A DNA stretch of 45,783 bases, taken from contig JBBQUO010000002.1 of NCBI GenBank assembly GCA_038212375.1, forward strand, positions 1-45,783, given 5' to 3'. The number at the start of each line of letters is the position of its first letter. Positions within the stretch are counted from its first letter, which is position 1. The DNA comes from Minisyncoccia bacterium. GTDB lineage: Bacteria > Patescibacteriota > Minisyncoccia > Phycocordibacterales > Zambryskibacteraceae. Made by a program: the position numbers and the translations under genes. The notes beneath the pieces were generated by a model. The model saw nothing but the letters and a program-made list of their open reading frames with translations, was not told the origin of the DNA and searched no databases. Shown here piece by piece: positions 33,204 through 42,527 of the stretch.

Positions 33204-33575
33204 ATGATACAACCTCAATCAATCGTAAAAATTGCAGACAACTCCGGAGCTAAGATTGGACGAGTGTTCAAAGTGCTTGGAGGATCAAAAAAGCGTTATG
33301 CTCAGATAGGAGACATTGTTGTTCTTTCTGTACAGACAGCGCAACCTCGCAAATCTATTAAAAAGAAAGACGTGCTCTATGCAGTGGTAGCTCGTCAGAA
33401 AGTTCCATTTCGTCGTGTTGACGGATCGTATGTTCGTTTCGATGAAAACGCAGTGATTATCGTTGATAAAGTAAAACATGAGCCTATCGCAGGACGTGTG
33501 TTCGGACCAATCCCTCGTGAACTTTCGGAAAAGGGTTTCCAGTCTATTATTTCTCTTGCTCCTGAAGTGGTATAA
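33204..33575 (+). CDS. rplN: 50S ribosomal protein L14
   Basis: MIQPQSIVKIADNSGAK. Confidence 0.96.
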   Translation: MIQPQSIVKIADNSGAKIGRVFKVLGGSKKRYAQIGDIVVLSVQTAQPRKSIKKKDVLYAVVARQKVPFRRVDGSYVRFDENAVIIVDKVKHEPIAGRVFGPIPRELSEKGFQSIISLAPEVV

Positions 33576-33586
33576 CGATACGAACT

Positions 33587-33895
33587 ATGAAAATCAAGAA
33601 AGATGACAACGTTATAGTAATCGCAGGAAAAGACAAAGGTAAGACCGGTAAGGTTCTTCGCGCTTTTCCACGTGAAGATAAAGTTATTGTTGCAGGAACA
33701 AATGTTCGCAAGGTTCATAAGCGAGGAGGGAAGACAAACCAGAAAGGTCAGGTAGTAGAAAAAGCATTCCCAATGCATGTTTCTAATGTTTCTCTCGTTG
33801 ATCCAAAAAGTGGTAAAGCAACTCGCATCGCTTTCGATATGAAAGGGGACAAAAAAGTTCGTGTTGCAAAAAAGAGTGGAACCACCATTAAATAA
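33587..33895 (+). CDS. rplX: 50S ribosomal protein L24
   Basis: MKIKKDDNVIVIAGKDKGKTGKV (KOW motif). Confidence 0.95.
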   Translation: MKIKKDDNVIVIAGKDKGKTGKVLRAFPREDKVIVAGTNVRKVHKRGGKTNQKGQVVEKAFPMHVSNVSLVDPKSGKATRIAFDMKGDKKVRVAKKSGTTIK

Positions 33896-33897
33896 TC

Positions 33898-34458
33898 ATG
33901 AAAACTCCTAAACTCAAAGATCTTGTAAAAGATTCGTATAAGACACTCAAAGATACCCAAGGATATAAGAATCCTATGCAGGCTCCTCGTATTACTAAGG
34001 TTGTTGTTTCAGCAGGAACAGGTTCTTTTAAGGATAAAAAGAAACAGGCGCTCGCACTCGATAGACTTACTCGCATCACTGGTCAGCGCCCAGCTATCAA
34101 GGGAGCAAAGCAGTCAGTTGCAGCGTTTAAGGTTCGTGAGGGAGAGCCTGTAGGACTTCAGATCACACTTCGAGGAAACCGTATGTACGACTTCCTCGAC
34201 AAACTCGTCAACGTTGCACTTCCACGTACCAAGGACTTCCGTGGTATTCCAGCGCGGTCAGTCGATGATATGGGGAATTACACCCTTGGTATCAAGGAAC
34301 ATATTATTTTCCCTGAATCACCGGATGAAGAAATCAAGGATATCTTTGGGCTCGCGGTTACTATTGTAACTACAACTAAAAACAAGAGTGAGCTCAAGGC
34401 GTTTCTTGATTATTTGAAATTTCCATTCCGAAAGGATGAGGTCATTTCAAAGAAGTAA
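33898..34458 (+). CDS. rplE: 50S ribosomal protein L5
   Basis: Typical L5 sequence and operon position. Confidence 0.95.
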   Translation: MKTPKLKDLVKDSYKTLKDTQGYKNPMQAPRITKVVVSAGTGSFKDKKKQALALDRLTRITGQRPAIKGAKQSVAAFKVREGEPVGLQITLRGNRMYDFLDKLVNVALPRTKDFRGIPARSVDDMGNYTLGIKEHIIFPESPDEEIKDIFGLAVTIVTTTKNKSELKAFLDYLKFPFRKDEVISKK

Positions 34459-34479
34459 GGGCTGTATATATAGGTAAAA

Positions 34480-34508
34480 TTGACATTTCCCCTATAGGTT
34501 GATAGCAT
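34480..34508 (+). promoter_or_regulatory. Possible internal promoter in the rplE-rpsZ spacer
   Basis: TTGACA - 17 nt - TAGCAT, within an unusually long (97-nt) spacer. Confidence 0.4.
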
Positions 34509-34555
34509 TGGAAGCCAAGGCTTTTCACAGAGCTTTTTTAATTTACGCAAGAACA

Positions 34556-34741
34556 ATGGCAAAGAAATCAGTAATAGCACGATCAAAGAAGACACCGAAA
34601 TTTCCATCTCGGGCTGTTAATCGATGCTTCAGATGTGGCCGTAAACATGGCTATATGAGAGATTTTGATCTTTGCCGCATTTGTTTCCGTGAATATGCCA
34701 ACGAAGGTATGGTTCCTGGAGTAAAGAAATCTTCTTGGTAA
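34556..34741 (+). CDS. rpsZ: 30S ribosomal protein S14, type Z (zinc-binding, 61 aa)
   Basis: [23 protein letters not shown] (CxxC...CxxC). The track N-terminal extension was rejected. Confidence 0.93.
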   Translation: MAKKSVIARSKKTPKFPSRAVNRCFRCGRKHGYMRDFDLCRICFREYANEGMVPGVKKSSW

Positions 34742-34757
34742 TTCTTTTTTTATATTT

Positions 34758-35147
34758 ATGACCGATCCAATCTCAGACATGATTATCCGAATACAGAATG
34801 CGAGCATTGCCCGTAAGGACACGGTGCTTGTTCCATTTTCAAAACTCAAGTGGGAAATCTCATCAGTACTTGAGAAGGAAGGGTACATTAGTTCTGTAGC
34901 AAAAAAAGGCAAAAAAATCGCAAAGTTTATCGAACTCGGTCTATTGTATGAAGGTCATACTCCACGAGTCCAGGGAGTAAAGCGAGTATCAAAACCTTCT
35001 CGTCGCATATATCAGAAGTCTACTGAAATTCGTCCAGTAAAGAACGGATTTGGATCAAGTATTGTTTCAACTCCAAAAGGTATTCTTACAGGAAAGCATG
35101 CTCGGAAGGAAAAAGTAGGAGGAGAAGTGTTGTTCCAGATTTGGTAA
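34758..35147 (+). CDS. rpsH: 30S ribosomal protein S8
   Basis: MTDPISDMIIRIQNA. Confidence 0.95.
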   Translation: MTDPISDMIIRIQNASIARKDTVLVPFSKLKWEISSVLEKEGYISSVAKKGKKIAKFIELGLLYEGHTPRVQGVKRVSKPSRRIYQKSTEIRPVKNGFGSSIVSTPKGILTGKHARKEKVGGEVLFQIW

Positions 35148-35177
35148 AAAGAGTACGAATATCATATAACAAACATC

Positions 35178-35711
35178 ATGAGTCGAATCGGAAAAAAAGG
35201 AATAGCTATCCCAGAGAAAACAGAAGTTACTGTTATGGGTAATGTTGTTACCGTAAAAGGACCTCTTGGAACTTTGACTCGTTCTATAAGGGATGATGTT
35301 TCAGTAACAGTAGAAGGTTCACAGGTAACCCTTGTCCCTAATAATGATTCGATTGAATCTCTCGCTCTCTGGGGAACATTTGCTTCACACATCAATAGTA
35401 TGGTGCTTGGGGTCAATACTCCTTTTGTTGTAAAGCTTGAACTTCAGGGTATTGGATACAAGGTAGAAGTGAAGGGGACAAGTGTACATCTCGCTCTCGG
35501 CTTTTCACATCCTGTCGAAGTGCCGATTCCACAAGGGATTACCGTTGTTACTGAGAAAAATGCTATAACTGTATCTGGTATTGAAAAAGATAAAGTAGGA
35601 GAGTTTGCAGCCAAGCTCCGTTCACTGAAGAAGCCGGAACCCTACAAAGGGAAGGGTATTCGATACGCAGGTGAGCAAATCAAGATTAAGCAAGGAAAGA
35701 AATCTGCTTAA
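35178..35711 (+). CDS. rplF: 50S ribosomal protein L6
   Basis: MSRIGKKGIAIPEK.. Confidence 0.95.
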   Translation: MSRIGKKGIAIPEKTEVTVMGNVVTVKGPLGTLTRSIRDDVSVTVEGSQVTLVPNNDSIESLALWGTFASHINSMVLGVNTPFVVKLELQGIGYKVEVKGTSVHLALGFSHPVEVPIPQGITVVTEKNAITVSGIEKDKVGEFAAKLRSLKKPEPYKGKGIRYAGEQIKIKQGKKSA

Positions 35712-35722
35712 TACGTAAAACC

Positions 35723-36073
35723 ATGAAAGCAAGCAACACAAAAAAACAAAAAAGAGACCGCAGACACACTCGAATTCGTTCGAAGATTTCTGGAACTGCA
35801 GAGCGACCTCGTCTCTCAGTGTTTAAGTCAAACACAGCACTCTATGTTCAGCTCATTGATGACGAAGCTGCAAAAACTCTTGCTGCATCTTCAACTACTG
35901 TTACGGCAGGGAAAAATGGTCTTGAAAAGTCAAAGGCACTTGGTCTTGAGATTGCAAAGAAGGCAGTAGCTCTCGGAGTGAAGAAGGCAGTGTTTGATCG
36001 AGGAGGATATATTTATACAGGGAAAGTACGTGAACTTGCGGAAGGTGCACGTCAGGGCGGACTCGAGTTTTAA
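35723..36073 (+). CDS. rplR: 50S ribosomal protein L18
   Basis: RRHTRIRSKISGTAERPRLSVFKSN. Confidence 0.95.
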   Translation: MKASNTKKQKRDRRHTRIRSKISGTAERPRLSVFKSNTALYVQLIDDEAAKTLAASSTTVTAGKNGLEKSKALGLEIAKKAVALGVKKAVFDRGGYIYTGKVRELAEGARQGGLEF

Positions 36074-36081
36074 TCATCTCT

Positions 36082-36717
36082 ATGGATACCAACGAAACAC
36101 AAACAAACACAGAAGAAGCGGTAGTTGTAACTGAAAACGCAGTTGTTGCTGATGGTGCAACAGTAGCTCCATCTGCTGCACCATTAGGAGCTCCTCGCAG
36201 ATTCTCTCGCGACGCAGGTCGTGATCAAAAGAAGAATCCACGTCGTGGACCAAAGAAAGATGCTCGTGCGAAGTCAGAATTTGATCAGAAGACCGTTTCT
36301 ATTCGTCGCGTAACCCGTGTTACTTCTGGAGGTCGTCGATTTACCTTTTCTGCGACTATTGTTGCAGGAAATCGTAAGGGTATGGTCGGAGTTGGACAAG
36401 GAAAGGCAGGAGATACTCCACTTGCTATCGACAAAGCACTTCGCGATGCTAAGAAAAATATGATCCAAGTGAAAACTACCAAGGACATGTCTATACCTTA
36501 CGAGGTTGAAGCTAAGTACGGTGGATCTCGCGTAAAGATTATGCCAGCTCCTGGACGAGGTATTCTCGCAGGAAGTTCAGTGCGAACCGTTATTGAACTT
36601 GCAGGACTCACTTCTATTAATGCGAAGATTCTATCTGGAACAAAGAACCGAGCAAACAATGCGAAGGTTGCAGTCGAGGCTCTCAGAAAACTTTCACAAC
36701 TCACATCACGAAAATAA
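36082..36717 (+). CDS. rpsE: 30S ribosomal protein S5, with a ~45-aa N-terminal extension
   Basis: VRRVTRVTSGGRRFTFSATIVAGNRKGMVGVGQGKA. Confidence 0.95.
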   Translation: MDTNETQTNTEEAVVVTENAVVADGATVAPSAAPLGAPRRFSRDAGRDQKKNPRRGPKKDARAKSEFDQKTVSIRRVTRVTSGGRRFTFSATIVAGNRKGMVGVGQGKAGDTPLAIDKALRDAKKNMIQVKTTKDMSIPYEVEAKYGGSRVKIMPAPGRGILAGSSVRTVIELAGLTSINAKILSGTKNRANNAKVAVEALRKLSQLTSRK

Positions 36718-36728
36718 TTTTTACTACC

Positions 36729-37166
36729 ATGCAAAGTCACACCATCTCACGAAAAACTCCACACTATAAGTCAATGCAAGTTGGCCGAGGGGGAACACGT
36801 GGAAAAACTTCTGGACGAGGAACTAAGGGGCAGAATGCTCGTGCAGGTCGCAAGAAGCGTCCAGAAATTCGCGACACTATTAAGCGTCTTCCAAAACTTC
36901 GAGGACGAGGAAAAAATAGTAATAAAACTATCGAACTTGAAGTTCGAGCAGTAAATCTCTCAAAACTCTCAGTATTTTCTGCAGGTCAAACTATATCTCC
37001 TCAATCACTCGTAGCTCAAAAGATTGTAAGCCGTGTACATGGACTTGATCCGAAAATCAAAATCCTTGGGTCTGGAGATGTTACTATTGCTCTCACTTTT
37101 GTATCGTGTTCAGTATCAGAAAGTGCACGTAAGAAAATTGAAGCTGCTGGTGGTAAAATTGAATAA
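36729..37166 (+). CDS. rplO: 50S ribosomal protein L15
   Basis: GRGGTRGKTSGRGTKGQNARAG. Follows rpsE after only 11 nt, leaving no room for an L30 gene. Confidence 0.95.
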   Translation: MQSHTISRKTPHYKSMQVGRGGTRGKTSGRGTKGQNARAGRKKRPEIRDTIKRLPKLRGRGKNSNKTIELEVRAVNLSKLSVFSAGQTISPQSLVAQKIVSRVHGLDPKIKILGSGDVTIALTFVSCSVSESARKKIEAAGGKIE

Positions 37167-37174
37167 ACTACTAT

Positions 37175-38443
37175 ATGACCTTTCTCGATAAAGTTAGATT
37201 GGTATGGGGGGATACAACACTAAGAAAGAGAATTCTTTTCGCTCTCGGTGCTCTCGTTGTCTTTAGATTGCTTGCGACGGTTCCTGTTCCTGGAATCGAT
37301 ACTACTCGTCTTGCAAGTTTCTTTTCTGGAAACCAACTTCTTGGGCTCCTCAATCTTTTTTCAGGTGGAGGATTTTCTAGTCTTTCAATCATTATGCTTG
37401 GAGTGAGTCCGTACATCACTTCATCTATTATTATGCAGCTTCTGACGGTGATCTTCCCAAGTCTGAAGGCGATGAACCAAGAAGAGGGAGATGCTGGACG
37501 CAGAAAGTTTACTCAGTACTCTCGTATGATTACGGTGCCTCTCGCACTGATCCAAGGTTTTGCATTTCTCACACTTCTCGTTCGTCAGGGAGTTATCAAT
37601 CCACTCACTCCGATGCAGATGGGCACCAATCTCCTTATCATTACTGCGGGCGCACTCCTCGTTATGTGGCTCGGTGAACTCATTACTGAGTTTGGTGTTG
37701 GAAATGGAACTTCACTTATTATTTTTGCGGGTATCATAACCCGTCTCCCTCAGTCTATTTCTCAGCTGTATTATTCATTTGACGCTTCTCAAATCCCGCT
37801 TTACGGCGCGTTTACTGTTGCAGCTATCGCTATTATTTTTGCGGTCGTTATTATTACGGAGGCTGAACGACCAATCCCTATTACCTACGCAAAGCAGGTA
37901 CGAGGTTCTAAGGTGTACGGAGGTGTTTCTACCTACCTTCCACTACGAGTAAACCAAGCTGGAGTAGTGCCAATTATCTTTGCACTTTCTATTCTTTTGT
38001 TCCCACAGATGATTTTTAGTTTTCTTGCAAGTGTTAATAACGTTATGGTTAAGAAGGTTTCTGCATTTGTACTAGCCACTCTTGCAAATCAGTGGTTTTA
38101 CGCTGGTGCATACTTTGTACTCGTATTTCTCTTTACGTACTTCTACACCGCAGTAACATTCGATCCGGATCAAATTTCTGAGAATCTTCAGAAAAGTGGA
38201 GCCTTTATTCCAGGGGTACGACCAGGTCAACCAACATCGGAATATATTGCAAAGATTCTCACTCGTCTTACCTTAGTTGGAGCTCTCTTCCTTGGAGTTA
38301 TTGCAGTTCTCCCTCTTGTGGTAAAGGGTATTACCGGTATTGCATCACTTTCAATCGGAGGTACCGCCCTCCTTATCGTAGTGTCAGTAGTTATCGACCT
38401 CATTAAGAAGATCGAAGCTCAAATCTCAGCAAGAGAATACTAA
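37175..38443 (+). CDS. secY: Preprotein translocase subunit SecY
   Basis: 10-TM SecY pattern and operon position. Confidence 0.95.
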   Translation: MTFLDKVRLVWGDTTLRKRILFALGALVVFRLLATVPVPGIDTTRLASFFSGNQLLGLLNLFSGGGFSSLSIIMLGVSPYITSSIIMQLLTVIFPSLKAMNQEEGDAGRRKFTQYSRMITVPLALIQGFAFLTLLVRQGVINPLTPMQMGTNLLIITAGALLVMWLGELITEFGVGNGTSLIIFAGIITRLPQSISQLYYSFDASQIPLYGAFTVAAIAIIFAVVIITEAERPIPITYAKQVRGSKVYGGVSTYLPLRVNQAGVVPIIFALSILLFPQMIFSFLASVNNVMVKKVSAFVLATLANQWFYAGAYFVLVFLFTYFYTAVTFDPDQISENLQKSGAFIPGVRPGQPTSEYIAKILTRLTLVGALFLGVIAVLPLVVKGITGIASLSIGGTALLIVVSVVIDLIKKIEAQISAREY

Positions 38444-38452
38444 ACAAGTGTT

Positions 38453-38480
38453 TAGTTCGTAGGGGATTAGCTTTTAGCTT
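38453..38480 (+). repeat. TAG array (spacing 7, 8, 7 nt), including the tandem TTAGCTT TTAGCTT, just downstream of the secY stop
   Basis: TAG at 38453, 38460, 38468, 38475. TTAGCTT at 38467 and 38474. Confidence 0.75.
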
Positions 38481-38481
38481 C

Positions 38482-38511
38482 AAAAAACATCACAGGCATG
38501 TGATGTTTTTT
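38482..38511 (+). terminator. Rho-independent terminator between secY and adk
   Basis: AAAAAACATCACA ggca TGTGATGTTTTTT. Confidence 0.8.
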
Positions 38512-38523
38512 GAAATGTTTTTA

Positions 38524-38572
38524 CTAGCAATTTAACTCTAAACGCTATAAGCTATCACCTATACGCTAATCT
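38524..38572 (+). repeat. CTA heptad array (six CTA in one 7-nt phase) upstream of adk
   Basis: CTA at 38524, 38538, 38545, 38552, 38559, 38566: ctagcaa tttaact ctaaacg ctataag ctatcac ctatacg ctaatct. ATG at 38579. Confidence 0.85.
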
Positions 38573-38578
38573 CAATTT

Positions 38579-39172
38579 ATGAAACCTCATGCTTTTATTT
38601 TTATAGGTCGATCAGGATGTGGAAAAGGTACCCAGGTACAACTTCTCCGCCCCGTCATCGAAAAAGAGAGCATTCCTGTTCTCTATATTGAAACGGGAGA
38701 TATGTTTCGCAACTTCATCAAAGGAGAAGGCTATAGCGCTACACTTTCTCATAATGTATACGAGACCGATACTCGTCAGCCAGACTTTCTTGCGTGCTAT
38801 ATGTGGTCAACCTTTCTCGTCAATGATTTTAAGGGAGATTCTCATGTATTTTTTGATGGCACACCGCGCTCAATCACTGAAGCAAGACTCCTCGATACTG
38901 CCCTGAGATTTTATCAGTTTGAAAAGATTCATGTAATATACCTTAACGTTAGTCGTGCTTGGTCGGAAAAGCATCTACTTTCAAGGGGTCGTTCTGACGA
39001 TGCAAATCTTTCGAAAATTGATACAAGACTTAACTGGTTTGATACCGACGTTGTCCCGGCAATTGACTATTTCAAACAATCTGACAAACATTTTATCGAA
39101 GTCGATGGTGAGCAAAGTGTTGAAGCAGTGCACTCAGATATTGTAAAAGCACTTTCGATTGTTTCTGCATAA
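38579..39172 (+). CDS. adk: Adenylate kinase-like nucleoside monophosphate kinase (divergent)
   Basis: P-loop GRSGCGKGTQ, DGTPRS and the position after secY. Divergent from canonical Adk. Confidence 0.7.
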   Translation: MKPHAFIFIGRSGCGKGTQVQLLRPVIEKESIPVLYIETGDMFRNFIKGEGYSATLSHNVYETDTRQPDFLACYMWSTFLVNDFKGDSHVFFDGTPRSITEARLLDTALRFYQFEKIHVIYLNVSRAWSEKHLLSRGRSDDANLSKIDTRLNWFDTDVVPAIDYFKQSDKHFIEVDGEQSVEAVHSDIVKALSIVSA

Positions 39173-39186
39173 TATTGTAATTTTCT

Positions 39187-39960
39187 ATGATTTTAAAAAA
39201 AACTCCCCACGAAATTGAGCTTCTCCGTGAAGGCGGCAAGCGGCACGCTTACATTCTTGCTGAAGTTGCAAAGGCAGCGCTCCCAGGAGTGAGTACATTT
39301 GAGTTGGAACAAATAGCCCTGCGGTTGATTGCCGAAGGTGGTGACGTTCCGGCATTCCTTCACTACAAACCAGAAGGAGCAAAGCGTAAATATCCGGCAG
39401 CACTCTGTGTTTCGATTAATGACGAGATTGTCCATGGGATTCCTAACGAGGATCCAAAGATTTTAAAACAAGGAGATGTGGTAGCTCTCGATCTCGGTCT
39501 TATCCATGAAGGAATGATCACCGACTCAGCGATCACAGTCGGAATCGGCGCTATTTTGGATATTGAAAAAAATCTTATCAGTGCAACCAAGGAATCTCTT
39601 TATGCAGGGATTTCCGCAGCGCAAGGTGGGGGCCACATAGGGGACATTGGTGCTGCGATTGAAGCAGTTGCAAAGAAGGCAGGATTTGCTATCGCTGAAG
39701 GTCTCTCAGGTCATGGTGTAGGGTACGAGGTACATGAGGATCCGTATGTACCAAATACAGGGAAAGTTGGCCGCGGAGAGCTACTAGTGGCAGGAATGGT
39801 TGTTGCGATAGAACCGATGCTCATGCTCGGCACTGGAGAAATCGTACTATCAAAAGATGGATATACATTTAAAAGTGCTGATGGTAAGAAGAGCGCCCAT
39901 TTTGAACATACCGTAGCAATAACTGATGGCGAACCAATTATTCTTACAGAAGGGGAATAG
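39187..39960 (+). CDS. map: Methionine aminopeptidase type I
   Basis: Pita-bread fold motifs (VVALDLG, GHGVG, VVAIEPM, HFEHTV). Confidence 0.92.
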   Translation: MILKKTPHEIELLREGGKRHAYILAEVAKAALPGVSTFELEQIALRLIAEGGDVPAFLHYKPEGAKRKYPAALCVSINDEIVHGIPNEDPKILKQGDVVALDLGLIHEGMITDSAITVGIGAILDIEKNLISATKESLYAGISAAQGGGHIGDIGAAIEAVAKKAGFAIAEGLSGHGVGYEVHEDPYVPNTGKVGRGELLVAGMVVAIEPMLMLGTGEIVLSKDGYTFKSADGKKSAHFEHTVAITDGEPIILTEGE

Positions 39961-39975
39961 TGATATACTTTTAAC

Positions 39976-41766
39976 ATGAAATTTTCTGAATCGTACGATC
40001 CATCAAAAGAAGAGGCTCAGGGTGGAGTTTTGGTAAACGAAGGAGAAATAAGTGGAGAATATCCACCAATTAATATTGAAGATGAGTCAGAGGAAGATCT
40101 GCCGAATGAGCAAATCGACTCGAAGCGTTCTATTTACGGAGGTGAAGCGGAAGAGGGTTTTGAATCTTCGACTGAGCTTGCTCCTTCAAGTAAAAAGATT
40201 CAATCAGAGATTCAGGCTGGCATCGATACCTTAAGAGAAAAAATCGAAAAGCATACGGTTGAAAACAAAAGTGCACAAGAAGGAGAGAGGGTCAACATAA
40301 AAGAAAGAGTTTCCAAAGTGGCTCACGGAGAAGAGCAGATTGAAAGCCGAGAAGTTTCTGAGATGAATAAGCGGGTGCTGTATGAAGATGAACGAGCATC
40401 AGTATTCAATAGAATTACACCACTTGAAAAAGCTGTAGAAAATCTGAATCACACCATCACACTTGAGTCCGATGAGTTGGCATACTTGAGGAGTAAGCTA
40501 AGTGCTCTACAAGGGACGGGGAATGCATCAGAGATTGGAACTATCCAAGCAGAAGTTCAAGAGTTAGAGGAAAGGGTCCATGAAAACACAATCTTGCTTC
40601 AAAAAAGAAAGCAGTCATTGAAGTCTGTGAGTACATTTGAAGAAAAGTTATGGGGCGATGTACCAGATGACTTGTCGAATAACACCAAGGCTCTCTTTTC
40701 AAGTATTAAACAAGTAAAAAGCGCAGAAGACCTGCTCGCAGTATTTGATACATGGGGAGCGCTCCCTGGAGTTGATAGTTTAAGTAAGCCTCTTACTGAT
40801 CGGGAAACAGTAGAACACTTCCTAGAAAGTATGAATTCAGAAAGTGAAGATGAGGTAACACTAAAAGCATCTAAAATTTTTGAAAATCCCGTTCTTAGGG
40901 ATTTAGCGCTGGGTCTTCCAAGGAAACAAAAACATGAAGAGGTTGAAACGCTCTCAACAGAGCCAGAAATAAGACCATTTTCGCAGCAACCTTCTCAAGA
41001 AGAGCTAGAAATACAGCAGCAAAAAGAACTGAGAAGTTTGTATCAAGAGGAAAAAGATCTAACGAAATCAAAAGAAATTCTTTCTTCAAATATATTTCGT
41101 TTGGCTCCATTTCTTATGAAAGTGACGAAGGGGGGAAGAGAGAAGCTCTCAGTATTAAAACGGGTGGGATTGAGTCCTAATGGTGTACGAACTGGCGGGT
41201 CTGGTCTTGAATTTGCTCGAATGTTTAAGCTCAAAGCTGTTAAGGAAAAAAAGGCCCTCATCCGTGGTCACTCTGACAAAAATTTTTCTCATGATGTTGA
41301 TAAACGATTTTGGTCAGAGGATCAAATACGCCAAAATAATTTTCTTACTACGAATGATGTACGTATGGAAAGAATGAGAGACAAAGAACAGCTTGAACAT
41401 AAAGATACAAGACAAAAAAACCGGATCGCCATTGGTGAATCACTAAAGAAACAAGCTGGGAAATCCTCAATATTTGTAAAGTTATTTAGTAGATTGTTTA
41501 AGTCGCAAGAGCAAGATTCATCAATAACTCTAGATGGTATTATTATGCCAAAGAGACACGAAGTATTTGAGGATAAGGTAGCTGAAGATACTGCAGCAAA
41601 AACTTCCTTCGACACAGATAGTGCTGAAAGATCTGGTGCAGAAGAGGATCCAATTGTAGAGATATCCGAAAATCAAGAAAAAAGAAAGATACAAAAACAG
41701 CAAATTAAAAAAGTAAAAACTGACGGAAAACCTAAGGCAAGAACTAGAAAAAAGAGCAAACTATAA
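39976..41766 (+). CDS. Hypothetical highly charged protein (596 aa): acidic N-terminus, coiled-coil-like middle, Lys/Arg-rich C-terminus
   Basis: Long uninterrupted ORF tightly packed between map and ndk. No TM segment, signal peptide or recognisable motif. Confidence 0.6.
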   Translation: MKFSESYDPSKEEAQGGVLVNEGEISGEYPPINIEDESEEDLPNEQIDSKRSIYGGEAEEGFESSTELAPSSKKIQSEIQAGIDTLREKIEKHTVENKSAQEGERVNIKERVSKVAHGEEQIESREVSEMNKRVLYEDERASVFNRITPLEKAVENLNHTITLESDELAYLRSKLSALQGTGNASEIGTIQAEVQELEERVHENTILLQKRKQSLKSVSTFEEKLWGDVPDDLSNNTKALFSSIKQVKSAEDLLAVFDTWGALPGVDSLSKPLTDRETVEHFLESMNSESEDEVTLKASKIFENPVLRDLALGLPRKQKHEEVETLSTEPEIRPFSQQPSQEELEIQQQKELRSLYQEEKDLTKSKEILSSNIFRLAPFLMKVTKGGREKLSVLKRVGLSPNGVRTGGSGLEFARMFKLKAVKEKKALIRGHSDKNFSHDVDKRFWSEDQIRQNNFLTTNDVRMERMRDKEQLEHKDTRQKNRIAIGESLKKQAGKSSIFVKLFSRLFKSQEQDSSITLDGIIMPKRHEVFEDKVAEDTAAKTSFDTDSAERSGAEEDPIVEISENQEKRKIQKQQIKKVKTDGKPKARTRKKSKL

Positions 41767-41780
41767 CATTATATTTACCC

Positions 41781-42380
41781 ATGAAACCACAAAAAGAACG
41801 CAGTTTTGTCATTATTAAGCCGGATGGAGTACAAAGGACACTTATTGGAGAGATTATCAGTCGCATTGAGCGCACTGGGCTAAAAGTCGTTGCGATCAAG
41901 ATGTTTGTACCAGACAGGGCTCGTGCTACCCAACATTATGGGAAAGATGATGCATGGTGCGAAAAGGTAGGAGCTCGAACTATTGAAAACATTGAGAAAG
42001 GGGGCGGAAGGCCAGAAAAAGCTGCTATCGAATATGGCCGAGATATCATCAATGCACTGCTGAATTATATGACTTGTGGACCAGTCGTGGCGATGGTAAT
42101 TGAGGGAAACCATGCTGTTGGTATTGTTAAAAAGCTCGTAGGAGGTACTGAGCCCCTTACGTCAGACGTAGGAACGATTCGAGGTGATTTCACTGTGGAT
42201 TCGTATTCTACAGCAAATGTGGGTGGTAGGGCTGTACGAAATCTTATTCACTGCACAGATGTACCTGAAGAAGCGCAGAGAGAGATCGATATTTGGTTCA
42301 AGCCAGAAGATATTATTGATTATCGATTAGTCCAAGAACAGATTCTCTACGACGTAAATATTGATGGAATTCTTGAATAA
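41781..42380 (+). CDS. ndk: Nucleoside diphosphate kinase (long form with an internal insertion)
   Basis: ERSFVIIKPDGVQRTLIGEIISRIE, GTIRGDF and NLIHCTD (active-site His). Confidence 0.85.
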   Translation: MKPQKERSFVIIKPDGVQRTLIGEIISRIERTGLKVVAIKMFVPDRARATQHYGKDDAWCEKVGARTIENIEKGGGRPEKAAIEYGRDIINALLNYMTCGPVVAMVIEGNHAVGIVKKLVGGTEPLTSDVGTIRGDFTVDSYSTANVGGRAVRNLIHCTDVPEEAQREIDIWFKPEDIIDYRLVQEQILYDVNIDGILE

Positions 42381-42382
42381 TG

Positions 42383-42418
42383 AAAAACAAAAAACCTCGT
42401 AAGAGATTTTTTGTTTTT
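42383..42418 (+). terminator. Rho-independent terminator after ndk
   Basis: AAAAACAAAAAACCTC gtaa GAGATTTTTTGTTTTT: 16 positions, 1 mismatch. Confidence 0.7.
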
Positions 42419-42527
42419 AGCATAAGGCCAAGAATCTGTCGGTTTTTCCATCGGAGCTTTTCTTTTTATACCCTTTGTTTTCTAATGTCTTATCCACCTA
42501 CTATTCATCTTTTTATAAGACTATAAT

